A DNA stretch of 52,833 nt, from the NCBI GenBank assembly GCA_023667385.1, contig JAMPAE010000001.1:1-52833 (forward strand). The letters are read 5' to 3'. Of the stretch, positions 1 through 7,361 are shown piece by piece (within the stretch, counting starts at the first letter, position 1; each line of letters starts with the position of its first letter). The notes under the pieces are model-generated. The model was not told the origin of the DNA and did not search any database. It was given only the letters and a program-made list of their open reading frames with translations. The translations under genes and the position numbers were made by a program. The stretch comes from Ruminococcus sp. (GTDB lineage: Bacteria > Bacillota > Clostridia > Oscillospirales > Acutalibacteraceae).

Positions 1-38
1 GGGTGTTGATGTTGTAATCGCTTGATTTACAAGCTTGT

Positions 39-55
39 TTGCGGAGAGGACGAGA
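39..55. repeat. attL core (ttgcggagaggacgaga), the phage-distal copy of the tRNA 3' end
   Basis: Exact 17-bp match to 52804..52820. Identity stops on both sides of the 17-mer. Confidence 0.85.
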
Positions 56-64
56 AAACAAAGA

Positions 65-150
65 TTGATATTGTGGGGTGTCATATAATGCCAAATGCTT
101 AATATCTTATGTTTTATCTTTTGTTTTGATATTGTGGCGTGTCATAGAAT
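65..150 (+). repeat. Two direct copies of a 25-mer (ttgatattgtggSgtgtcataKaat) at 65..89 and 126..150 in the attL arm
   Basis: 23 of 25 positions are identical and the spacing is 61 bp. Both copies lie between the att core and the int stop. They are candidate binding sites for a recombination accessory protein. Confidence 0.5.
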
Positions 151-171
151 ATCAACTTTGCTTCAAAAAAT

Positions 172-195
172 CGTGTACATTTCCGTGTACATTTC
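172..195 (+). promoter_or_regulatory. Tandem 12-bp repeat cgtgtacatttc x2; candidate integrase arm-type sites (left arm)
   Basis: Exact tandem duplication. The same CGTGTACA core is repeated twice with 12-bp spacing at 52753..52772, next to attR. Confidence 0.5.
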
Positions 196-1471
196 AAATC
201 TTGTCAAATTTGGTCATTGATTGCTTCTTCAATTCATCAACGATGGCAATGTAAGGCTTCATCGCTTCAAACTTTGAGTGCCCCGTCCATCGCATTATGA
301 CTTCGGCGGCAATGCCAAGTTGCAAGGCGGTGACAACGAATGTGCGCCGGGCAACGTGTGTTGTTATCAATGCCCATTTCGGCAAGACTTCTTCATGCCG
401 TTGGTTGCCGTTGAAATAAACAATCCTTGTAGGGGTGTCAATCCCGGCAGCTTTGGCAATGTCTTTCAAGTAAAGATTCATTCGCACGTTGCAAGGCACG
501 GGCAAGGCAAGGTCGTTTTTGAACTTGCATTCTTTGTATTTGTCAAGAATTGCCCTTGAATGCTTGTTCAATTCAATCTTTAAGCCGTCAACGGTCTTTT
601 GGGTCACGACATCAATGTGGTTTTCCTTGACATCGCACCGTTTCAACTTTGCGACATCCGAAAACCTTAACCCGGTGTAACAACAAAACAAGAACACATC
701 GCGGGTTTGTTCCAAATGCTTGTCGGATTCCTTGAATGTCATATCGGCAATGCGCTTGACTTCATCTTGGGTCAAATAGATTATTTCCTTTGCGTTGCCG
801 TCCGTGCCTTTCAACTTGGGTCGGAAAGTTTCGTGAACCTTGCCGGAATAATAACCGTGTGCATCCGCCCAACGCAAGAACCACCGAACAAAGGCAAGGT
901 TCTTGGCAATGGTAGTGTTCTTCAATCCCTTTTTCATCAGGAAAGCGACAAATTCTTGCATCTTTGCGTCCGACAAGGTATGAAACGAAATCAAGGGGTC
1001 AAATTCATTCAACCTTGATTTCATCGCCTTAAACTTTTGAAAGGTTGCATCCGTCCATTGGTTTTGCGCCCCCATTGTTTGTGTGAATCGGTCGTAAACC
1101 TGAAAGAACGACAATGAAACGGGGTCTTGAATGACTTCTTCAATCTTTGTGTGCCGTCCGACCATATCATTGAACAATTCCTTGATTTCGCCGGGGTCGG
1201 GAATGCGCTTTTCAAGCAATTCATATCTTGCCATTACTTCATTGATTGCGCCGCGCCATTCATCAATCTTGCGGTTGATAATCGTTGCGTCTTGAAATGA
1301 TGATTTCGCCCTTTGTTCGGCTGCATCCCATTCATCAAGGGGCAAGGACACGCCCAAAGGGAAATCAAGGGGCGTTTTGCCACGCAATGTCACACGCATT
1401 CGGATTGTGCATGAATCTTGATTTTTGCCCCTTTTGTGCGGCAAGAACTTGACCGACCAATTTATTATCAT
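194..1471 (-). CDS. int: Tyrosine recombinase / phage integrase
   Basis: 425 aa. The C-terminal catalytic signature is present: YTGLRFSD (Arg), HVARRTF (H-x-x-R) and GHSKFEAMKPY (His and the Tyr nucleophile). The gene is adjacent to attL. Confidence 0.9.
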   Translation of the reverse strand: MIINWSVKFLPHKRGKNQDSCTIRMRVTLRGKTPLDFPLGVSLPLDEWDAAEQRAKSSFQDATIINRKIDEWRGAINEVMARYELLEKRIPDPGEIKELFNDMVGRHTKIEEVIQDPVSLSFFQVYDRFTQTMGAQNQWTDATFQKFKAMKSRLNEFDPLISFHTLSDAKMQEFVAFLMKKGLKNTTIAKNLAFVRWFLRWADAHGYYSGKVHETFRPKLKGTDGNAKEIIYLTQDEVKRIADMTFKESDKHLEQTRDVFLFCCYTGLRFSDVAKLKRCDVKENHIDVVTQKTVDGLKIELNKHSRAILDKYKECKFKNDLALPVPCNVRMNLYLKDIAKAAGIDTPTRIVYFNGNQRHEEVLPKWALITTHVARRTFVVTALQLGIAAEVIMRWTGHSKFEAMKPYIAIVDELKKQSMTKFDKI

Positions 1472-1761
1472 TTTGCGTCCGTTTTAAGCATCTTTCCACG
1501 TCCAAGCAACAACCATTCAGCCGACACGCCGAAATCGGTGCAGATGCCCGCCAATGCGTCCACGTCAATACATTTGTACGACATTTCTTCAATCGGTTTG
1601 TCAATGGTCGTTTTCAATGTCGCATATTTAACCCGGTTAAGGTTGTGCGCTTCACAAAATCCCTTGACCCCATCAATCTTTCCCAACTCAATTGCAAGGT
1701 TTAAGGCTTTGAAGAATCGGCGGGTGATTTCAATTGCTTGTGGGTTGACTGACTTTTTCAT
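1468..1761 (-). CDS. Small HTH DNA-binding protein (excisionase or regulator candidate)
   Basis: 97 aa with an ATGA overlap onto int. The C-terminal motif FGVSAEWLLLGRGKM is typical of phage XRE-like HTH proteins. Confidence 0.55.
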   Translation of the reverse strand: MKKSVNPQAIEITRRFFKALNLAIELGKIDGVKGFCEAHNLNRVKYATLKTTIDKPIEEMSYKCIDVDALAGICTDFGVSAEWLLLGRGKMLKTDAK

Positions 1762-2138
1762 TATCTAACTTTTGTTATGCAAATGCAATGCAAATGCACT
1801 TCATTTGAATTATTTAATTTATTATCAATATTTTAAGTGGCGGTCGTTGGGCAAAAACTTGTTTTTTGCCCTATTACCCATATATAGTATATTATTATAT
1901 ATATATTTCTTTTCTTTTGCATTTCGTTGCATTGCAAGTGCATTGCATTTGCATTCGGTGCTATTGTTCAAACAGTTACAATTCGGATTTTTGCCTTTTA
2001 GTGGCAACTTTGGGCATAAATTGATGCACCAACGTGGGCATCTTTGGGGCTTCTTTTGGGCATTGAATGCAACTTTTGAAAATTTGCAGAATTTTTGCAT
2101 TGCAAATGTAGTGCAAAAGGAATGCAAATGCATGCTTG
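1762..2138. repeat. Non-coding region with dense TGCA-N(2-7)-TGCA motif arrays flanking a roughly 40-bp AT-only tract
   Basis: tgcaaatgca occurs at 1778 and 1789 (11-bp phasing). Six TGCA occur in 1918..1953. tgcaaatgca occurs again at 2123. gcattgcaaatgtagtgcaa is at 2097..2116. The AT tract is at 1881..1917. ORFs in this region have no coding support. Confidence 0.6.
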
Positions 2139-2570
2139 TTATTGTCGCCTTTGAACCCTGACCGTCTTTGACTGAATCGGGGTGCGCCCCTTGACATCAA
2201 AAATGGCTTTATAACCGCCGTCCGTGTCCGAAAGGAATTGCACGTTGATGTCAAGATTCCACCCACGCGGTTCATCAACGTGGATTGATTGCGTCTTGGG
2301 GTCATAGGTATATTGCCCCGTTGTGGTGTCCACCAAATCGACTGTGTGTTCGTAAATGTGCGTGAACGCCCCATTCGGTTCAAAAAGGTAATATTCGGGA
2401 TTGGTCGCCGGATAAAAGGTTGAACCGTCCTTGTAAGCTGTAACATCCCATTGCCCGGCAATCGTTGAAAGGACAACGGCGGGTTCATCCTCGGAAGCAT
2501 TGTCAGAGGAACACGCACACATGGCGATGCAAGCGCAAGCAAGGACAACCCAAGTGAAAATCTTATTCAT
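2139..2570 (-). CDS. Lipoprotein (signal peptide plus lipobox Cys), last gene of the repressor operon
   Basis: The N-terminus is MNKIFTWVVLACACIAMCACSSDN. It overlaps the upstream 117-aa gene by 8 nt. Confidence 0.7.
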   Translation of the reverse strand: MNKIFTWVVLACACIAMCACSSDNASEDEPAVVLSTIAGQWDVTAYKDGSTFYPATNPEYYLFEPNGAFTHIYEHTVDLVDTTTGQYTYDPKTQSIHVDEPRGWNLDINVQFLSDTDGGYKAIFDVKGRTPIQSKTVRVQRRQ

Positions 2571-2916
2571 GGTTCATCTTGATTTTGTAGTCGGCAATCA
2601 TCTTGTCAAATTGCGCCTTGTCAACAAGCGCAAATTCTTCATCTTTGAGTGCAGCCAATTCAAGGGCATCAAAGATTTCTTGTGGCATTTCCGAATAATA
2701 AGCCGGAACGCCGTAAAAGTCCGACACGCGGATTTCAATTTTTGACATGATTACGTTATTGCATATTTGGGAATATTCATCATCGGTCAGGCACACAAAC
2801 GGCAAGACCATCGGATTCAAGGCACGTTTGAGGTCAATGGCTTCAATCTTATCAAAGATTGATTCAGGCAAACCGGGCATCTTAAACACCGGGTCGGCAA
2901 TATTAAGTCTTATCAT
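2563..2916 (-). CDS. Hypothetical acidic protein, co-transcribed with the repressor
   Basis: 117-aa ORF with a 4-nt overlap onto the repressor stop. Confidence 0.5.
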   Translation of the reverse strand: MIRLNIADPVFKMPGLPESIFDKIEAIDLKRALNPMVLPFVCLTDDEYSQICNNVIMSKIEIRVSDFYGVPAYYSEMPQEIFDALELAALKDEEFALVDKAQFDKMIADYKIKMNHE

Positions 2917-3329
2917 TGCTTTGTTGATGTTAAATTTTCAATGATTGCAAGAAGCCGTGAATTTTGTGCAACGACATCTTGATGGGTCTTTTTGAGGTCG
3001 GCAAGGTCTTTCCGTATGCTTGCAAGGTCGGAAGTCAACTTTTGCATCGGCGTGACATCCTCAAAGGTTTCAACTTCTTCTTTTTCTTCACTGACACGTT
3101 CCACAATCTTGTCGCCGTTAATGGCATCGCCGTGTTCAACGTGTTGCCCGCCAAAGACCGTGTGTTGCTTCGGTAATAAGCCACACAATAATGCGTCTTT
3201 TGACTTGGGAATCTTGCCGCCGGATTCCCAATTTTGGATTGTTCGGGCGTGAACTCCTAATCTTTCCGCAAGTGCTTCTTGCGAAAGACCTAATTGTGAA
3301 CGAATTTCTTTTATTTCATTTGCGGTCAT
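2913..3329 (-). CDS. XRE-family HTH repressor (CI-like) with a C-terminal coiled coil
   Basis: MTANEIKEIRSQLGLSQEALAERLGVHARTIQNWESG is a canonical XRE HTH. The ORF could also start at 3356. It is divergent from the early genes. Confidence 0.8.
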   Translation of the reverse strand: MTANEIKEIRSQLGLSQEALAERLGVHARTIQNWESGGKIPKSKDALLCGLLPKQHTVFGGQHVEHGDAINGDKIVERVSEEKEEVETFEDVTPMQKLTSDLASIRKDLADLKKTHQDVVAQNSRLLAIIENLTSTKQ

Positions 3330-3408
3330 AATCAGATAGTTACAAGTTGTTAACATTCTTTAACGCGAAATAATGTGTGATTGCTATTGACAAACACGAA
3401 ATATTGTG

Positions 3409-3416
3409 TAACTTTG
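3409..3416 (+). promoter_or_regulatory. Candidate Bacteroidetes-type -7 box TAACTTTG for the rightward early promoter
   Basis: It matches TAnnTTTG. It forms the left half of the 11-bp inverted repeat taactttgcaa / ttgcaaagtta. Confidence 0.35.
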
Positions 3417-3438
3417 CAAGCGTAAACGGAACACGTTG

Positions 3439-3446
3439 CAAAGTTA
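3439..3446 (-). promoter_or_regulatory. Candidate -7 box TAACTTTG for the leftward repressor promoter
   Basis: The reverse complement of 3439..3446 is TAACTTTG. It forms the right half of the same inverted repeat. Confidence 0.35.
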
Positions 3447-3549
3447 AAGCGAAAATGAGCGATTACAAATAGCAAAGATACGTCATTTTTCGCAAAGAAC
3501 ACGCAAGGTATGCCGAAAAACATAAAAACAAACTAAATATTTCGCAATA

Positions 3550-3738
3550 ATGAAAACTTACGACAAGACAATCAAAGCCGACATCACCATCAAGGTTCAC
3601 ACCGTGACCAACGCCGTCAAGTTCATGAATATGGCAAAGGAACAAGGCGCAACCCAAATCCAAGACAAGGAAACACGCGACAAAGGCGGTCGCAAGTATG
3701 AACTTAACGGTGAAATCACTTACATCTACATGGTCTAA
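3550..3738 (+). CDS. Hypothetical small early protein
   Basis: 62-aa ORF whose start carries the conserved 13-mer tttcgcaataATG. Confidence 0.45.
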   Translation: MKTYDKTIKADITIKVHTVTNAVKFMNMAKEQGATQIQDKETRDKGGRKYELNGEITYIYMV

Positions 3739-3786
3739 TAATCATGGGGTGGTGCAATGCCGCCCCAATCAAAAACTTTCGCAATA

Positions 3787-4197
3787 ATGGACATTACAAT
3801 TATCAAGAATGATGATTTTGAAACCATCGGAATCAAGGTCACAACATCACACCCCGGTTATTTCGTCCCTGAAACCGTCTTTGCATGGGGCATAACCTAT
3901 GAAGATATGTATTTTTCAAAGAAAGTCCGTGGCGACTACTACGAAAAAGAAATCTTTGCCCTTGTAAGAGCCGGAAAGCAAGCGGAAGCCGCAAGCCATT
4001 TGATGCAGACGGTGGCACGGGTTATTGAAGAAGCCGGAATCAAGGTTGTACACGATGTTGATGAGTACGGCGAAAAACACGGTTATAGCATCGGCAAAGG
4101 CGATTATTATTCAAAGATTGCCGACCAAGCCAATGCAGAGGTTGAACGCCTGATAAAGAAACTTGAACAAGCAATTGCCGACCGCAAGAAGAAGTAA
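3787..4197 (+). CDS. Hypothetical protein
   Basis: The ORF track starts at 3757. The ATG at 3787 is preferred because it carries the tttcgcaataATG context and lies downstream of the intergenic hairpin at 3746..3766. Confidence 0.5.
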   Translation: MDITIIKNDDFETIGIKVTTSHPGYFVPETVFAWGITYEDMYFSKKVRGDYYEKEIFALVRAGKQAEAASHLMQTVARVIEEAGIKVVHDVDEYGEKHGYSIGKGDYYSKIADQANAEVERLIKKLEQAIADRKKK

Positions 4198-4242
4198 AAC
4201 CGCCGGGGCGGTGTAGCAGCCGCCCCGCACAATCCCAATATT

Positions 4243-4464
4243 ATGAGTAAAGAACTTTTTTCATTTCAAAAAGGATGGTTGCAGATTCCTAATGGCAACC
4301 TTGCCGAATGCCGTGAAAAGCTGATGAAAGCAATGAACATCACAACACGCGCCGCATGGGGCAAAAGGCTGAAAGGCGAAGTTGAACCCAAGATTTCGGA
4401 AGTCAAGGCGATTGAAAGCGTCTTTGCCGAATACGGAATCAAAGACCCTTGGGGAATGGAGTGA
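4243..4464 (+). CDS. Hypothetical small protein
   Basis: 73-aa ORF. Its stop overlaps the next ATG. Confidence 0.45.
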   Translation: MSKELFSFQKGWLQIPNGNLAECREKLMKAMNITTRAAWGKRLKGEVEPKISEVKAIESVFAEYGIKDPWGME

Positions 4465-4859
4465 TGGAAGCCGCAAGCCTTACCAAACGCGAATCCGAAA
4501 TTGCGGAATTGTTCGCATGGGGCGCAAGCAAGAAAGATGTTGCAAATCGCCTTTTCATTTCGGAACGGACAGTTGAAAACCACGCCCGGAATATATATGC
4601 CAAAATCGGGTGTCAAAAAATCAATGAATTGTGCGCGTGGTGGTTTTGCACGACCTTTCACATATCCTTTGACCTTTCGCCCCTGAAACGCAAAGTGATT
4701 GCCGGAATGCTTTTGATGTTGATAATGCCGCAAATTTTCGCAATGGACAATCAGAACTTTTGCAGAATATCAAGGACAAGCACACGAACAATGACACGTT
4801 CAGTCCGCGCCCGGCGGTCGCGCCAAGAATCCGAACTTGATTTGTCAACCCTTTTATAA
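4464..4859 (+). CDS. LuxR/GerE-type HTH protein with a hydrophobic C-terminal segment
   Basis: LTKRESEIAELFAWGASKKDVANRLFISERTVENHARNIYAKIG is a LuxR-type HTH. It is followed by VIAGMLLMLIMPQIFA. The track start at 4449 is a TTG. Confidence 0.7.
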   Translation: MEAASLTKRESEIAELFAWGASKKDVANRLFISERTVENHARNIYAKIGCQKINELCAWWFCTTFHISFDLSPLKRKVIAGMLLMLIMPQIFAMDNQNFCRISRTSTRTMTRSVRARRSRQESELDLSTLL

Positions 4860-4867
4860 AATTCGCA

Positions 4868-5107
4868 ATGATGAAAAAAATAAAATACATCCTCAAAACA
4901 ATCACGGGCGGTCAGGACTTGACCCCGCGCCAAAGGCTGATTGGAATGTGGTGGGCAACGTCTTTGTCAATGACTTGTATGTGCGCCGAATCAATTCCCG
5001 CCTTGCTTTTCTTTGTCGCTAATTTCGGCATATCATCGCACTACCTTGAAAAATATGTTCCCGTGCCGGAAGATGATTCAGACCCATTTGATGATGAATT
5101 TGAATAA
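4868..5107 (+). CDS. Small membrane protein
   Basis: 79 aa with two hydrophobic segments (LIGMWWATSLSM and IPALLFFVANFGI). Confidence 0.4.
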   Translation: MMKKIKYILKTITGGQDLTPRQRLIGMWWATSLSMTCMCAESIPALLFFVANFGISSHYLEKYVPVPEDDSDPFDDEFE

Positions 5108-5110
5108 GCC

Positions 5111-5383
5111 ATGATTGATATTAACCCGAACACGCGGTTGATTGACTTGACGGTTGGGCAACTCCTTGAACTGATTGAATCGGCAAAAGGAACACCGACA
5201 CAAGAAGCGGCAAAAGAACGCCGCCTTGAATATGGCATCGCCGGGATTGCCCGAATATTCAATTGCAGCATAAGCACCGCAAACCGAATCAAGGCAAGCG
5301 GAAAGATTGACAAGGCAATTTCACAACGCGGTCGGTTGATAGTCATTGACGCGGAACAAGCATTGAATTTATTTAACAAGTAA
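5111..5383 (+). CDS. Small HTH protein (excisionase/MerR-like fold, DUF3853-like)
   Basis: YGIAGIARIFNCSISTANRIKASGKIDKAISQRGRLIVIDAEQALNLF resembles Bacteroidales excisionase-type HTH proteins. Confidence 0.5.
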   Translation: MIDINPNTRLIDLTVGQLLELIESAKGTPTQEAAKERRLEYGIAGIARIFNCSISTANRIKASGKIDKAISQRGRLIVIDAEQALNLFNK

Positions 5384-5397
5384 AATATTAACTAACA

Positions 5398-7359
5398 ATG
5401 AAGAAAGTTATCTTAAAGTCTTTGACCCTTTGCAACTTCAAGGGGGAACAAAGCCGGACAACTCAATTCAACGCGGATGTCACGACAATATCCGGCGGCA
5501 ATGGTCTTGGCAAATCAAGACACTTTGACGCATTCATGTGGCTTCTTTTCGGCAAGGATGCCCAAGACCGCAAGGATTATGAGGTGCGGACATACAACGC
5601 CGATGGAACATTGTTGCATGAAGTTGAATGCAGCGTGACGGGCGTTATTGACGTTGATGGCGAAGAAATTACCATCAAGCGTGAATCCGTTGAAGAATGG
5701 GTAAAACCCCGTGGTCAGGTTGACCGCGTGTTGAAAGGCACACACAACGAATGTTGGTGGAACGAAACCCCGGTCAACGTGCGTGAATATGACAAGCGCA
5801 TCGGCGCAATCCTTGACGCATCGTTGTTCAAGATGATAACCAACCCTTTGTTTTTCGCGTCAATGCAATGGAAATTGCAACGTGCCGAATTGTTCAATCT
5901 TGCCGGAACAATCACGGATGCCGAAATTGCCGCCGAAAACCCCGATTTTCAAGTTCTTCTTGACAAGCTGACCAACAAGTCACTTGTTGACTTCAAAGCC
6001 GAAATCAAGGCAAAGAAAGAGCGTTTGAACAAGGAATTGAACGGCATTGCTCCACGCATTGACCAAACGCAAAAGTTGAAGCCGCAAAGTGAGGATTTCG
6101 CCGCCCTTGAAGCTGAAATCGCCGATGTTGATAAGCAGCTTGCCGACATTGACAAAATCTTGTCGGATAATGCCGCCCGAATCCGTGCCGAATATCAGGA
6201 ACAACAAAGCAAGTTACACGCCATCAACGAACTTGAAAGCAAACGTGCCGACCTTGTGCGCAATGCCCAACAAGCCGCCAAAGAAGCCGCGTTTGAAGCC
6301 AATGCAAGCCGCCGTGAACTTTTCAGCAATATAGAATCCAAGAAGCGTGAATTGTCGGCAATGAAGCGTTCCTTGCAGACCCTGACAAGCACTCGTGACC
6401 GTTACGCCGCCGACATTGCCGCCCTTGAAGCCGAAATCATCAAGAAGCGTCAAGAATGGCACGATGAAAACGCCAAGAAATATTCGGGCGATGATGTTTG
6501 CTTTCATTGCGGACAGCAATTGCCGGAAGCAATGAGGGCAAAAAACCTTGCCGACTTCAACAACGCCAAGAATGCCGCAAAAGCAAAGATTCAGGCGCAA
6601 GGCATTGAAATGGCGAAACGCCTTGAAACACTCAAGAAGCAACATCAAGACACAATCGCCGACATTGCCAAGCAAGAGGAAGAAAACAACGCCTTGAATG
6701 CAGAAATCACAAAGTTGCAAATGGATTATGCGAACATGGCGAATTTTGAGCCGGAAGAAGTCGTGCCGCATGAGGTCGCCGGATATGCCGAATTGACCAA
6801 GCAGATTGAAGAAGCGAAAGCCGCCCTTTCAACCGATGAACACGCCGCCGATGATACCGAACACAAGGCAAAGAAAAAGGAATTTACCGCCAAGCGTGAT
6901 GCCTTGAAAAAGCGTCTTGCCACCCGTGAAGAAATCGCACGTCTTGACAAGGAAATTGCCGACCTTAACAAGCAAGGTCAGGACATCGCTCAACAAATCG
7001 CCGACCTTGAAAAGCAAGAATATATTGCCCAAGAGTTCACACGCCGCAAGATTGATGAATGTGAAAGCCGAATCAACGGAATGTTCCACAATGTGACGTT
7101 CCGATTGTTTGACAAGACCTTTGAGGGCAATATTTATGAAACGTGCATTCCCCTTGTTGATGGTGTGCCGTTTGGAGCGGCGAACACCGCCGGACAAGTC
7201 AACGCGGGTCTTGACATCATCAACACGCTTTGCCGATTCCACGGCATTTGCGCCCCGATATTCATTGACAACCGCGAATCGGTTATCAACCTGATTCCGA
7301 CCGAAAGCCAAATTATAAACCTTGTCGTTACCAACGACAATAAACTAACAATTCAATAA
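5398..7359 (+). CDS. Rad50/SbcC-like SMC-family ATPase with a long coiled coil and a CxxC hook
   Basis: Walker A is GGNGLGKS near the N-terminus. A coiled coil of roughly 400 aa is interrupted by DDVCFHCGQQ. The C-terminal Walker B / D-loop is PIFIDNRES. Confidence 0.75.
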   Translation: MKKVILKSLTLCNFKGEQSRTTQFNADVTTISGGNGLGKSRHFDAFMWLLFGKDAQDRKDYEVRTYNADGTLLHEVECSVTGVIDVDGEEITIKRESVEEWVKPRGQVDRVLKGTHNECWWNETPVNVREYDKRIGAILDASLFKMITNPLFFASMQWKLQRAELFNLAGTITDAEIAAENPDFQVLLDKLTNKSLVDFKAEIKAKKERLNKELNGIAPRIDQTQKLKPQSEDFAALEAEIADVDKQLADIDKILSDNAARIRAEYQEQQSKLHAINELESKRADLVRNAQQAAKEAAFEANASRRELFSNIESKKRELSAMKRSLQTLTSTRDRYAADIAALEAEIIKKRQEWHDENAKKYSGDDVCFHCGQQLPEAMRAKNLADFNNAKNAAKAKIQAQGIEMAKRLETLKKQHQDTIADIAKQEEENNALNAEITKLQMDYANMANFEPEEVVPHEVAGYAELTKQIEEAKAALSTDEHAADDTEHKAKKKEFTAKRDALKKRLATREEIARLDKEIADLNKQGQDIAQQIADLEKQEYIAQEFTRRKIDECESRINGMFHNVTFRLFDKTFEGNIYETCIPLVDGVPFGAANTAGQVNAGLDIINTLCRFHGICAPIFIDNRESVINLIPTESQIINLVVTNDNKLTIQ

Positions 7360-7361
7360 CC

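Noticed and set aside
1777-2135. TGCA motif arrays as a possible CRISPR array
   Set aside because: The units are only about 10-11 bp, irregularly spaced and partly palindromic. There are no unique spacers of CRISPR size and no cas genes.
1772-2548. ORFs 1772..2161 (+), 1825..2133 (-) and 1976..2548 (-) in and around the TGCA-rich region
   Set aside because: They run through low-complexity TGCA/AT repeats, which gives Cys/Asn/Ala/Lys-biased products, or they are antisense to the well-supported lipoprotein gene. The region is treated as non-coding.
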